A stretch of DNA of 64,000 bases from Lytechinus pictus (taxonomy: Eukaryota): NCBI RefSeq assembly GCF_037042905.1, contig NC_087245.1:11596001-11660000 (forward strand), in the 5' to 3' direction. Numbering within the stretch: position 1 is the first letter of the stretch; each line of letters starts with the position of its first letter. The notes under the pieces were generated by a model. It saw nothing but the letters and a program-made list of their open reading frames with translations. It made no database searches and was not told the origin of the DNA. A program made the position numbers and the translations under genes. This document shows positions 28,101-41,899 of this stretch, piece after piece.

Positions 28101-28420
28101 ACACGATGATGATTGCGTGTTAAGAGGTGGGTTTCATGCTTAGTTTGAGCATGGTTTGAGACGTGATGTGAATTGGACGGAACTCCGAAAGTCGTGCAGA
28201 GGAGAGTGTGTGTGGTGTGGGAGGGTGTGTGTGTGAGGGGGTGTGCAAGGTGTGTGTGTGTGAGCGAGATAGAGAGAGGGGGAGAAAGAGATCGAATGGG
28301 GGAAATGTTATATTGAAAATCCAGTATAATATAATATTCATGAAATAATTCCATATTGTAGCCTTTCATGAGATTCTTTTCGGAGAGGAAGCTTGTTGCC
28401 CCCATCCCCATCTGAATCCT

Positions 28421-28775
28421 ATAATATAATATAATATTCAACATTTATATAGCGCTTAATACATCGGAACGACGTCTCTAAGTGCTTTACAGACATATTA
28501 TTACCCCGGTCATCGGATCCTTGCATGCCCGCATACAATGTATGCACCTTCTCCACTCCCTGTGGAGCATTCCAACAAGAGTTCCAAGACTCAATTGCTA
28601 GGCATACTACATAATAGGCTTTCACATCCTACCGGGTACCCATTTAACACCTGGGTGGAGAGTGGCAAAGTGTGGATTAACGCCTTGCCAAAGGACGCTA
28701 GGCGATGGTGGGATTCGAACACACGACCCTCTGATTACAAGGCGAGAGTCAGAACCGCTACACCACGACGCTTCC
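28421..28775 (-). mobile_element. tRNA-derived SINE, full length, related to the 24652 copy
   Basis: Head ggaagcgtcgtggtgtagcgg...gttcgaatcccacc on the minus strand, shared core, (TATTA)n tail. Degenerate TSD atccccatctgaatc / atccccatgttgaatc. Confidence 0.9.
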
Positions 28776-30189
28776 ATCCCCATGTTGAATCATTCCAATA
28801 TCGTAGCTAGAGATGTTTTTATACCAGAAATCTTCGTTTTACCACGATCAGCGATTTTATTTTCAATGAATATGGTTCACTTCTCTTAAAGGTTTACCGC
28901 TCTCTAAACATTGTCGCCATTACAAATCCCCTTTGCAATTTCATTTAAGCATCTTTTCCTTTGTGTCTCCTTTAAAAAAATCATATCCTTGCGATACCTA
29001 TGAATAGCAATGCAACCGTCCAGGTAACTATTCTTTGGTCTGCTTCTAAAGCAATGATTAGAGGCCTGTGAATACCACCAAAGTGACCAAACGTTCACAA
29101 CAACTAGCCTATTAGCATTTTAATTAGGCTACCCACTTTCTCTTTTCCTCTGCTGGATATTTTTCACAAATTTTCCAACTTTTTCCTGGCCATGTAAATC
29201 GATTTCTAACAAAAGACTAGATCAAAGAGCCGAGGTTTCGCTCTTCAGGTGGGCACGCTCGAACACCAGAAAAAACCAGCCATTCGACGTCGGGCCATGG
29301 ACACATGACACAAACGGTAATGAAATTTTCACGCGTTTGTGATGTTTGCTTAGTCGTGCTATGGGCGGTCCCTATAGTCGAGGGTATTATCACCAGCTTG
29401 GTCCCTCTCGCTACTAAGAAGACCATTGTGATATTCTTTTATTTCACTTATGAAGAAGATTCGCACGTAATTAACACTCTGTTTTGTTACCTTAAATGAG
29501 GCCCTGAGTCCTTTTATGTCGCACAAACGCCGACCGAGTCGGAAATCTGCGTGTCCGAGTCTGAAAGGACAGTTAATGGTTAGGTGAAATTAAGGAGTGT
29601 CTATACATTAGATGGAGCCACCGCTATGTATATGACACGCATCTAATATCTAAAAACACTTTCCATGACTGAGGGCATCTTCCTCCTACCTTAATTAAAT
29701 AGCAATCTTATTTCTAATTATAACATTTACAGGCTCATTCACCAATGACGGAGTTTCAATATAACCTCTGCCTCGAGTTAATATTTAATTAATGCTAATT
29801 GAAAATAAAGATTCGCTCATAACAGGGAGGTGAAACTGCCAACCTCCCTGGTCATAATAATGAAAAGAGTTAAGAGATTTCACTACAATTTACATTGTAT
29901 TCTATCCTGTCTTGAACATAAATCTTTCATCTTATGATGACAATCTTCTACTTCTCTGTGATGCTATAATTATCTCCATTATTCTCAAGGGAGGATTAAC
30001 GGAAAGTAAAAAACAATTCGTACACTATCAGATTGTAATAAATTCTAATAACCATAACACAATGTCTACACCATGTACAGGTATTTTCTTATTGTTTCCA
30101 TTTCAATATTTATTTCCATCAAAATCATGAATAACGGTCCGCACAAAACTTCTTGAAACATACTAGTACGCGCATAAGGCATACCGTCA

Positions 30190-30660
30190 CAAACACCCAC
30201 AAACCCTCTCACACCTTAACCTTCATAGAACACACGCAGACACCCTCACAAACACCGTAATTCCTTTCACACAAAACCTACTTGGAACACATGCACACAC
30301 CCCTACAACACCCATTCACTACACGCACTACACACATACACACTCGACCAATCTTTAAATATGTCCACACACCATTTTCCCACATTCATAAATAAAAACA
30401 AACAACATACTTGCACACACGCACAAAAACCCTCCAACAAACACACACAAACGCACAAAATACTTAAAATATATGCACCCACCAGTTTCCCACACCATCA
30501 CACACGCCCACACATCCTAACACACTCACAAACCCTCACACTGACTGGCCGACATACATAAACAAACCCTCGATCATCAAACATACACACGCACCCCAAC
30601 CCACACTCACAAATGCACTCACTTAAACCTACATCAACTTTCACGCACAAACATCCGCAC
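30190..30660. repeat. Degenerate CA-rich low-complexity tract
   Basis: Directly visible. Confidence 0.7.
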
Positions 30661-30703
30661 TCAGCTCCAATCACATCAAAATCTTCTCTATGTGCATAAT
30701 AAT

Positions 30704-30852
30704 TACGGAGCCTTTAAAGTGCCATCGACTTGGCGACTTGGCGAGATACTTTATCTTGCCATGTCGACATTTTTATAACCTTATTATGTCGACATGGCAA
30801 GATAAAGTATCTCGCCAAGTCGTCAAGTCGATGGCACTTTAAAGGCTCCGTA
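30704..30852. mobile_element. Near-perfect palindromic mini-MITE (TA-CGGAGCC...GGCTCCG-TA)
   Basis: 67-nt arms with one mismatch around an AT-rich loop of about 15 nt. Confidence 0.85.
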
Positions 30853-31042
30853 CATAATTATTATAGTCAATGTTGTTGGTATCTATTTGAGTTTCGACAC
30901 TCTATGATCTGGAATATGATCACTGGATCTTGATGTATGTGTGTGAAAGCGATCGGGTGCTTCCATGTTGCCACTTGTGATCAATTCACATCCATTGATG
31001 AGGTCATAGTTTGATTTGATTTGATTTTTTCCACTCTTGTTG

Positions 31043-31198
31043 ATGTCTCATCAACATTTTCGTCCGACAAACTGTCAGATCTGACAACTTTCCTTGACTT
31101 TGATTGGCTGAGAAGCATGATTACTATCGTAACTGCCATATAAAAAAGGACTTGTCGGATAAAACGTCCAACAAACCCTACCACATAACGCTCCCCTG
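31043..31198. mobile_element. Short MITE (...CGCTCCCCTGG family), related to 36639-36778
   Basis: Shares tccgaca, tctgacaact, tttgattggct and cgctcccctgg motifs with 36639-36778. Confidence 0.55.
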
Positions 31199-31228
31199 GC
31201 ATGCCTGGACGACACAGTCTTGCTTGTA

Positions 31229-33420
31229 CTAGTCAGGGCGATTGTGGATGAAATCACGGATCTTTCTGGACGTGGTGAGCCGATCTGAGAGATAAAATAT
31301 AGAAAAACACCACATCTACATGATGGATACGTTTTAGATCATGAAAATTCCATGAAGTTTGAACTCACGGTAGAGAACTCGAATCAGATAGGTATTATTA
31401 GGTATATACAAATTGTATAAATTTTATGTTACATGTGACAGTTGTGAAAGCTTATAATGTTTAACAAAACAGTAAATGAAATGCTAAAAATACAAGATAT
31501 ATACTGAACCAAGTAAATACCACCCGTTAATCGACAAGACCAAAGTGAACCTCGATACTTATGGACTTGTACCTACCTGCTGAACTATCTTATATGAGCT
31601 TCAGGTAATGTGGTATAGTACATCTGCTATCCATGTCAACCCCTTCTAATGTATAGATACACAGATGAACCAATATGATTCAAAAGGCGAGGGAATTGAG
31701 CCTCGTCACATCCGGGAATTGTCCCTTGACACTGGTATATTATGCTCATTCTGGAATATCATTCCGCTTCATTATTTATGTTATTGTCTTTGTCCAACTC
31801 GATTCCTGGTGATATAATCAAGGAATTGCCCTCTTTTTGATATCTCTAAAAAGTTTTAGTTAAATCTCAAATGATTCACATTCTCATGATAGTTTTTAAT
31901 TTCGACCGCCTTAAATTCGTTAATTTTTTTTCCACCGTTGTGCTATCCAGGCATCTGAACAGTAGTAGTATTTTTATAATGATGGCGCTCTTCAATCTCT
32001 CCTGATACACGCCGGTCACTTTCGAAAGTAGAACTTCTTAGAAAGGCCCATGTAACGTCGACCCATTTGGCGACGATTAGGTGAATTCATTTGTATCGAT
32101 TAGTCACCCATCAGCCTATTAAAAAGGTTATACAGGTTTCCATAATTTATTTATGTCTTCTGTTAAAAAAAAAGAAGCAAATCTATATCTCAACATAACT
32201 GCTCGTGGGAAAGGCCAAGCTAACCAAAACTGTTATTTACATGCATTAAATAATTCACGAATATAATAGTCTGGGTTGGTTAATAATTGCTTACATTTCG
32301 GGTTATTCAATTCCACTTGGTATTTTTTCACATTGTTCTTCTATCTCTTTATATTATAAACAAAATAAAATATGTGCAATAGTTATGTTCAACTTTCTCA
32401 CAGTAGCCTGATGAGTGATGTGTTGGATCTGAAACATAAGTTTTAATTTGTTGAATAAAGAATTCCTCTCTCCGAGAAAAACATTTTCAACATACCTTAT
32501 TAACATTATCATGAATAGCATAGGAAACCTACTATTTTCTGAAGCATCTGCTAGCCCGATCCCGGGGGGGGGGGCCACTTCCATTGACGAGTGGATACCA
32601 TGCGCGACCATGGGGTCTCGAAAAGCACCCTAAACACGTATTTTCCATTTTCTGAAAATGCACCCCTTAACAAGTATTGGAAACAAAACGATACTCTTGG
32701 CAAGTCTATTCCCTGAATTGAACCCCTAAACAAGTACAGCGATATTTCAATTATGCCACGGACGACGTCGGTCGTCGGTTTTACCTACATCATTGGGTTT
32801 AGTACAGCCCCAACTCACAACACCTCGCGCAAATTGTACTCTAAACACGAAGATCTAGTGTTGACTCTTGGGGCAAAAAGTACATCCCATATAAAACATT
32901 TTAGTCTAATTTTTTTTTATACCCTCGCAAATTTGACCCTAAACACGTAGCTTTCCTATCGAAAAATAGATACCCTTTTTTTCATTATTTTAGTGTTTTT
33001 ACACCCTTATTACGTTACGTACGTAACGTGCCCTATCTTGAAAAGGACATCCTTTTTACGTGTTTTTTGGGGTCGCGCATGGTATCCACTCGTCAATGTA
33101 AGTGGCCCCCCGGGAGCCCGATACATCAAACGTGAGCATAATTAACTTCTGGTGTTTGGTAATACAATTTCATAGTGCCTTTCCTTGCAGATCTATCAAC
33201 GATATCATTGCCGTGATATCACAGTGTGAATGAATCCACCCTAAATATAAACAAATATCTTTCAATCTTAGTTTGTGAATATTGGACAAAACTTCATTTT
33301 CATTCACAATATAGCTGAATGTGCTACGAGCCGAACATGTCAAAGATGGCGCTATACCCGAATCGGTACCCTTCACATAGGGACACTGACCAGTAAATGT
33401 TTACCCATTGGTTTTGTAAG
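31229..33420 (-). pseudogene. Possible decayed gene fragments with Ig-like character, interrupted by a MITE
   Basis: Minus-strand peptides RYQKEGNSLIISPG...(*)...IYQCQGTIPG (~31700-31845) and PSLTCSARSTFSY (~33310-33350). Donor CAG|gtaggt at 31577 and acceptor tctctcag| at 31284 leading to DRLTTSRKIRDFIHNRPD*. Several in-frame stops. Confidence 0.25.
32561..33114 (+). mobile_element. hAT-like MITE (CCCGGG(G)nCCACTT...AAGTGG(C)nGGG)
   Basis: About 45-bp TIRs; perfect 8-bp TSD agcccgat (32553-60, 33115-22); close reverse-complement copy at 56072-56651. Confidence 0.93.
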
Positions 33421-33746
33421 GAAAAAATAATAATAAAAAAAAAGTGATAACGATAATACCATTTTAAACCTTGTCATTTTATTGGTTCAAACAAATTCAA
33501 ATTATAAAAAGGATTTGACATAAAATACTCTTGTCTTATAATTTTCGTTAAAAAATGATAAAAAGTAGCAAAAACCTATCAAGGTACATGTTTATAATCT
33601 GTAGATATGACATGAACAGAGCTTGAAATACACTGGGGACATGAAAATCAAACTGGAGAGATGTAGGAGTGATTTATGTTTCTTCTTTTTAGTTAGTACG
33701 ATTTTCTGTCTATGTATTTTGCGCTATACAAAAACGTTTCATAGTA

Positions 33747-33900
<154 letters not shown>

Positions 33901-34984
33901 AGAAGTGGTAGTACGGGAAAGGTCACTCACACTAGTACGAGGTTAGCCTGTAAATTGATTTTTAGCAACAGTGGTTGGGCTTCTTGGCCCACTATATCAA
34001 ATCCCTATTTTAAAAATCCAACTGGCATCCACAGTTGCTCTCTCGTGGGATTCTTGTAAACCTGTAATTACACCCTTTCTGTATAATTACATATATGTAT
34101 AAAACTCTGGTGAAGTCGAACAGATTCCCTGATGAAGACGGATGCTTTCCGTGCATGATTTTATGATATATCTATTATTTTATATGTTACTTCAAAACTA
34201 ACTGGATACCTGCGTTACGAAGACCCGACCTTGCCGCCACTCCCCTATTTGATTATTCATTTTTTACTTATTTATCTATTGCTTTTCAAAAAGAAATATA
34301 AGGAAAAAAAAGGTCCCCATGAGAGGTGACAACATTTGAATTATTATTTCTTTTAGATAAGTGCCCCCCCCCCCAAAAAAAAGAGATAATAATGATGGTA
34401 ATGAAATAAAAATAAATAGATGAAAAAAATAAATTAATTAATAAAGAAAGAAATAAATAAATAAATAAATAAATAAATAGATAAATAAAAAAATAAAAAA
34501 ATAGAAAATCACTAAATCCATTTACTTTTGCTCATTCTAACTTTTTTTGCATCGCCTTGTTCATGATGTAGGCTATACTCTGTTACATGGGCAGCGTAAC
34601 CAGTGTGCTAGGAACCTTCAGCATCCCCCCTCCCTTATTGTTTCAGTTAACTTGTGCAAAAACATGACAATTAAAATCAAATTGTGATCTTATGCATACA
34701 GTCCCCGGATACAGTCATCCCGGTCTCCCATCCCACTCAAAAATCGTTCCGCGGCCCATACATCATCTCATGAAAGAACGCCATCACCAGTATACTTGAT
34801 GAAATAGACAATCCCTAACTTACATCTTTATTTTTAATTAAATATTCATTAATCTCATTCTTTGAATTTTCTGTTTTCACACAAGCTAACTTCTTGCTAG
34901 GATTTCATTCGCTAAAGATCGGATAGGTGCCCATAGTTTGAATCCTTCCATTGTTACGATTTTTGTAAATCTAATATTCCCATA

Positions 34985-35175
34985 GATTTACTTGGATTTA
35001 CTTGGATGTAGAGACGTAAAGCGTGTAGCTTATTTGCCCCTCGTCACGTTGGATAGTCTCTGGTAGGGTAAAAACTTTAGTGGATGGTTTTTCCAGTGCC
35101 TCTCAATAGCTGATTTGAACATATTGACACTTGATGCTGACACTGCTTCCTCTGGTAAAATATCTCTTATCTTAT
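34985..35175 (-). mobile_element. CR1-type LINE 3' end
   Basis: Minus-strand peptide DILPEEAVSASSVNMFKSAIERHWKNHPLKF, with a short tandem tail (gatttacttg repeats on +). Confidence 0.7.
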
Positions 35176-35244
35176 CTGATATCTAATAATAAATCAATCC
35201 ACATCTGTTCGTACTCGTGACAGAAGACGTGGAAATAATATAGT

Positions 35245-35478
35245 CAGTAGCGTACGCGGGATTTTTAAGAGAGGGAGGGTTCAAGCTGAATGAAATGTTG
35301 ACAACCCCCCCCCCCAAAAAAAAAAAAAGGTCTCCACCACCAGTTTTATGTCGTTTCCTACCCCCCAAAAAGGGTATTCACCCCCCCCCCAAAAAAAAGG
35401 TCTCCACCACCAGTTTTATGTCGTTTCCTACCCCCCAAAAAGGGTATTCACACCCCCCCCCCCCTGCGTACGCTCCTG
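35245..35478. mobile_element. hAT-like MITE with an internal ~70-bp tandem duplication
   Basis: CAGTAGCGTACGC...GCGTACGCTCCTG; TSD aatatagt/catatagt; two identical copies of ggtctccaccaccagttttatgtcgtttcctaccccccaaaaagggtattca. Confidence 0.8.
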
Positions 35479-36638
35479 CATATAGTTCTTTATCATTTTA
35501 GCTGCACTACATCTGGATATTTTTTTAGATATGGAAAAAACCCAGAATGAATCATTCCGTATGCAGAAAGATTACAGCGCCACCTTTTGTCAAAAATGCG
35601 AATTTGTATTAATACACATTGGCATTGTAAATACGATGTTAATTACAATTATGTAGAAATATAATGATCCATATTTCCATTACGAATTTCGTTTTGTTTA
35701 TATTTGTTATAGATATATTTGAAAAAATCTGACTTTGACATGATAAGTGTATAAAGCATGTTCACTAATGCTACCATATAACACACTTACATGTACACCG
35801 CCATTCAAACGAATTAAAACGTGATTGTCTTCGCGAATCCTCTGTAAAAATTTAAAACAAAGCATCATCTAACTTAGTTTTCAAGACTCAAATAATTACA
35901 AGTCTCGGATGAGACTTATATTTTAAGTCGATCGAATTTAGAGAATAAATTTAGAAAATTTAGTTTATATCCTGGTATTGTATTTTATCAAGGAATTTGA
36001 TCTTGTAAATCATAGAAGCATATATAAATACTTTTATAAATTACATCATAGCAAAAATTTGCTCAGGTATATGGACAACATGGCCTTTGATCTGGAGGGA
36101 AGATTTTGTCAGAATTTTTTTTTTTGTCACTCATATTGACCCAAATAGAATTCCAATCGTCAGATTTGCTACTGAATATGCAAAAAAACAGTATTGAAAA
36201 GCGACCGAATGACGTCTGTTCACAGTTACATTACATAATATCAATAATGATCTTTTTTGTGATTACTCTTGGTTTAAACTGTCAATTACCAGGACAAATT
36301 ACGTAGTTAATAATAATCAAAGAGATTATGCGGAGTTCATGATATCTATAAAGACGAAATATTAATGATTGTATTTGTGGAAAATATAAGTAAAATATGC
36401 TAAAGCCGATATGTCAATATGGCATAAGAGACGCCTGATTGAGTGTCATCGGAATCAGATCACGATGTCACAGGTCCATGATGTCACTGAGTCTGTCACA
36501 ATGCACTGGTAACCCATGTGGTCATCACCACCACCACCATCATCATCGTCGTCGTCGTCATCATCAGCAGCAGCAGCAACAACAAGAACATCGTTACAAT
36601 ATCCTTTGTCATTGCTTTGTGACACGAATTCAGTGATC

Positions 36639-36778
36639 TAGGGAGCGTATCATGAAAGGACCCGTCAGATTTTTTATCCGACAGCTACCACAGTAACAAT
36701 GCCTCTTAGCCAATCAAAAGATCTGACAACTTGTCAAAATGATACATGGATAGGTATTGATGAAACACGCTCCCCTGG
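36639..36778. mobile_element. Short MITE (GGGAGCGT...ACGCTCCCC)
   Basis: TIRs visible; related to 31043-31198. Confidence 0.65.
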
Positions 36779-38063
36779 TTCCGATGGCAAGTTCTTTGGT
36801 CTCACAATACCGCCCTCTCTTGACCGATCCAATTAAACTGATCAACGAAAGTAGAGTTCTGTGAAACCATTTTAAGTTCTGTGCATGTCGGATGTGAGAG
36901 ATAAAATTAAAATTAAGATATGGAGACATAATTATCAGGGAATTAAAATAGCAAATGAGTCTGATATAGGTCTGAAATGAATCTTTATTGGCTCTTGTAT
37001 CTCTCGAAACCCCTGCATGCTTTCCCAGATCATAAAGAAAAAATATTATTATCAGAACATGCAAAATAATAACAAATAAAATGTATCAGTATGTTCAATA
37101 AATTGTTTTAGTTCTATCATTATCGCCTATATGTTAATCGCATTAGTCTTCAAATAGCGTGAAAATACTTTAAAACATCGAAATCATCAACATTGATATA
37201 AAACATCAGATATTGAAGGAAAAAAATGTGTGTGTCTTATGACTGACATGGGCTATCGAGTTTGGCTTGAATCTGATGACCTGAAATTCAATGATGATAA
37301 ACGACTGGCATTAAATGGGAGGTGATGAGAAAAGAGAGAAACAATATGTGGACAAGAAATATCAATATTATTCCATTCGATGAAACAAACAATTTGCTAA
37401 GAATTCCAAAATGGCTAAAACCTATTTCTAAAAGGTTTTTTACCTAAATAACTAATGACGAAGTACACTTGATGAAAACACGATAAAAACTGCGATAAAC
37501 CGTTGGTCTCCATTCTTATTAACAAGATAAATCGTCATAACTTATATAGAATACAAGAAAAGGGGGACAAAGTTTGAAATAAAAGCAATTCATGCTATTT
37601 ACAGAAAAAATGATACAAATAAAAAGACACGCTTCATGAATTTTCGAATGCTTTAATGGCTGATAAACATTACATTCAAGAATTGGGACATTTTGTATGT
37701 TGCTTCAACCGATTTAACATGATAAGGGCATGACCTCGGAAAGAAGGAGAGAATGATCCCTGGGATATTGGTTGTATGCTGTAATGTATAAATTTGACCA
37801 ATATCATCTTCGTTTTGTAGCGAAAAGCTTTTTCTTATTTTTTCTCCCCTTTTTTCTATTTTTGCTTTTAAAATTTTCGCTGACCAAAATCATCATCACT
37901 TTTTTGTTGTTTGTTTTTTGATGACCCCAAAATCCTCTTTTGGGAGTGAAATCCTCTTTTTTTCTCCTCAAAATTTTGTTAACAAACCAGCACGCCCTTT
38001 ATTTTTTAATCGTCCAGGCCCCCTGGATTAGGCCCGTGATGGAATTCCAAAATTGTTCTCTTA

Positions 38064-38872
38064 GGCTGCGTTTATGCGACCTCAAGCCAGAATCATGATT
38101 TGAATCATGATTTGAATCATGATTCAAAACACCAACATGAATCACAATATCACAGAATCAGCGTTTAGACGATCTTCATTCCAATGCTGTTTCTCCTCAG
38201 ATTCGGGCCAATCCAGTGCGCATCACTAGTGCGCAGTTTGACAGAGGAAGTTTTTCGCACGTGTTTCGGCTCTCGAAAATTCTTTTGCTTCCATCAGAAT
38301 TCAGTCTATACCTCATTTTGTTTACTTCTATCATAAAGGGTCCATATGCTTCTATTCATCTTGTTAGTTTATCCAAAATGGTGTTCGGAAGTGAATTTCA
38401 GCGTAGATCCAATTTGATACTGTATACTCAACAACAACTGAGATCATTGTCTGTCCAGTTAATTCATTCAAGTTGAAGACATGACCAAAAAATGAAAAGT
38501 AGTGGACGATGCGATGACCAACACAGAACTTGAACATGACAAGAAATGAATTCATAGTACATAGTCATGTACATACAATGAGCATATAGAGCGCCTTGAG
38601 CTTGGCAAGAGTCAAACCGAAAGTAGCCCGACACAACAGTGAGGTCATATAATCATGATTGTAATCACGATATCGTTTATTCGAACATTTTCGTACGTGA
38701 TTCTGCAGAAACGTCTTTCCAAACGCCCCTTTTTTCGTGTTTCATGTTTGTGATTCTAATCATGATTATATTCAATTTCGACTAAACGCAATCGTGATTC
38801 TGCAGAATCATGATTTGAATCATGATTCAAATCATGATTCTAGGGTAAAAAAAGTGGCGGATAAACGCACCC
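38064..38872. mobile_element. PIF/Harbinger-like MITE with GAATCATGATT subterminal repeats
   Basis: TTA|GGCTGCGTTTAT...ATAAACGCACCC|TTA (3-bp TSD); arrays of the palindromic aatcatgatt at both ends. Confidence 0.85.
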
Positions 38873-39838
38873 TTAGAGTTATTAATCAACCTGACTATCT
38901 TGTAGTATGCCCATGAAAACTTGAAGAGAGGTTATTGTAATGATCTTCCTTTGACGGTAAAACATGAACTTGATGCTGTAGCAACAAGTGGTTACGAGCT
39001 CAGGTCTGCATGAAAAAAATCAACAGTTTCAGGTTCACTCTGACTCTTCCCATGTGTCCTTGGGTGTTTAAGCGATTGATAAATCTTATAATCCAATTCT
39101 AAATTACTCTTTATGTGTTCTGATTTACGCTTTACCATGCGGCATTGCTGTATATAGACAACTGAAAGGATGCTTGCACATTCACGAATCTTCACTTTGG
39201 ATTGCTATTAATCTATTGATGATAGTTGATATTAAAACAAAGACAGTAAAAACTGAGATTAATTAAACAAGCGTGGTTACCCACAGTGAAAACTATAATC
39301 AGTGAATACGACTTGCAATAAATATAAAGCTCCACTCTGCGTGTCTATATACAGATGATCACTGTCAAATTTATTTAAAATAAATTAATCAGTTGTCTTT
39401 ATTGATAAGCAACTCATTTGCTCTCTATTCAATAGTCATCAACTCAAAATGACTCAATCGATCTCTCCATTGTTTTCCGAAGCGGAGTCCCTCTGAACTG
39501 ATGAATGGATTAAAATAGCTCGAAAGAATCCGGATCTTACACCATCTGACCATGTCCAAAAGATCATTATACCTGAAAACTATATATGCACTTTAGATCT
39601 TTTAAAAGTCCATACCTCTTGCATTTTTTTTTTTGGGGGGGGGTGAAAATTGAAAATAGTTTATCACGGTATAAGTAATTTGATTTCCAGATTTAGATAA
39701 ACCAAACCTGTCTAATATACAAATTCGCAATGTGTCGAACATAATTTATAAACTAAGTTCCCAAAAGCATATATTTAAGTATAAAACTTAAACAACGTTT
39801 TAAAAGCAACGTTGAAAGCAAATACACTCACGACCTGC

Positions 39839-40093
39839 CAGGGCCATGGGAATGATTTGTGGTTGGGGGTGCTGAATTAAATTTGACAAGCAAAAAAAAA
39901 AAAATAATAATAAAATAAAAGTTACTATACAAAACAAAATGTTGGTCTTTTCCTACATTTCTCCAATTTGCTACACCTATCGAGATTTCCAGGGGGTGCT
40001 GCCTATGGAGAATGATACACGCAGCACCACCTAAGGAAATCTTGGGAGTGCTTCAGCATCCATGCAGCAACCTCCGCTTCCCATCGGGCCATG
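39839..40093. mobile_element. hAT-like MITE (CAGGGCCATGGGAA...TTCCCATCGGGCCATG)
   Basis: Perfect 8-bp TSD cgacctgc (39831-38, 40094-101). Confidence 0.85.
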
Positions 40094-40810
40094 CGACCTG
40101 CCCATTCAATTTGCAGTATATATACTGAGAACCACTTTCAACCCATAATCATAACTGCATATACTCTTCAGCATGCTCAGTGATGCATGATATCATTGCA
40201 AGAATCTGCAATCAACTGCAATTTCTGCTGTAAAGCTACAACGGATAGATCAATTTCAAATATACGAAATTATATTTGAACCCGGGATTTGAACCTATTG
40301 TGTCAAATAGAGCAGGCCAGTGATTAATTGCAATTTTCAGTTAGTTGCGAGACTTATGCCTATATATGATCAATCACTGGCGAATCAAAGATTTCTGAAT
40401 GGGGGAGGGGGGGGGGCAAATGTTCGTGATCGACTCATTCGTTTATCTTGCTTTTCTCTCATATGGATTGATTGATTGATATCGTTTCAGATTCCTATGA
40501 ATTTTTATCTGTAGGCCTATTAGAGACAAGTTACATGTTCATAATCATCATTATCATTTATACTTTCCTTTCTCGATTATCGTTTGTACAAATGTACACT
40601 TCTGTACATTGTTTCAGTTAAGAGACTTTCATGTATATATTGCGTGTTATTGTATATTTGATTTGAGAGAAGGCAATAAAAACATGTTATAAAACACAAT
40701 CCATTTATCTCATAGTGTGTACCTCCGGATAGCACCTATACCCAGAACATAAATACATGTATCACACAGTGGCCGGTCCAGCTTTCGTTTCGTCAATGGG
40801 GGGGGGGGTG

Positions 40811-40862
40811 CATAGGCGGCGGAAGCGGGGGGACGTGTCCCCCCTAAATCTTTTGTTGATAA

Positions 40863-40897
<35 letters not shown>

Positions 40898-41020
40898 TGT
40901 AAATTTTTTTTTCCTGCGTCCCCCCTAAAATTTTAGGTTGATAACCATTTTTTTATTATTTTGCTTGTCAAATTTTTTTTGTGGTCCCCCCCCCTAAATT
41001 TTTCGCTTCCGCCGCCAATG
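40811..41020 (-). mobile_element. hAT-like MITE, same family as 10237-10513, inserted in the poly-G of another element
   Basis: CATAGGCGGCGGAAGC...GCTTCCGCCGCCAATG TIRs, flanked by G runs. Confidence 0.8.
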
Positions 41021-41231
41021 GGGGGGGGGGGATAATTTCATCCACATTCCCCCGACCGGCAGCTAAAAGCTGATTGGTTGGGGGGGGGTTAGGGGGTGGT
41101 CCTTACTAATACGAAAAAACGGGACATTCCATTCACTTATTGAAATCATAAAAAGGATGGATATTTTCCTGAATAAATGATGAAAGTGCAGCAAAGCGCG
41201 AGCTGGAAATTTTTTTATATTCCTATCTGAA

Positions 41232-41462
41232 AGGGATGGTCCGGGCTAAAAATGTAATAACATAAGAAAAAGAAAAGTGGGGATGTGACATCATCAGTCC
41301 ACCTAATAAATATTCATTACGATGTTCATGACTGTTTTCACAAAATATTGATAAACTTTAAAATTCAATAACTTCGTTATTTTAATGAAATTTTCAGCAT
41401 TGTCTTTTATGAATTTTACTCTATTTATTTAGATATAAATATTTTCAGCCCGGACCATCCCT
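41232..41462. mobile_element. Internally deleted copy of the 24066 TTAA MITE
   Basis: Both termini present (agggatggtccgggct...agcccggaccatccct-ttaa), but the left arm is cut to about 25 nt. Confidence 0.85.
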
Positions 41463-41899
41463 TTAAAACTGGACTTTTTTAAAGCACTGTCGGAAACATT
41501 AATGCGAGCGTGAAGCGGAGCTGAAATGGGCCTGCTAACCCTTTGCAATCTTTATAGAACGTCATGAAGAAGATAAGGATAGTAGGATACCACTATATAC
41601 TGATGATGCAAGCGCGAAGCGCGAGCTGATTTTTTTTTCGATTTAGACCCAAAACGAGACATGTGTATCTAACAAAACAATCCGGCCCTTTGCCGAAAAG
41701 TCCCTAGTCGTTTTTTTTTGGTTTTTTTTTGCATCTTGAGAAAAAGGTTTTAAAGTTTGTTCTTTTCTTATATTGTAGGTCTAAAGTTTGTGTCTGATCC
41801 TTCGAGTTTTAGAGTAAATCTCGACATTTAATTTCAATGAATATGTTTTGCAATATACAAAATCTAATATTTTGATTAAAGTACAGAATATTTAGTTTC

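Noticed and set aside
36439..36636. Poly-His/Arg/Gln ORF
   Set aside because: Compound CAC/CAT/CGT/CAG microsatellite without convincing splice or coding context.
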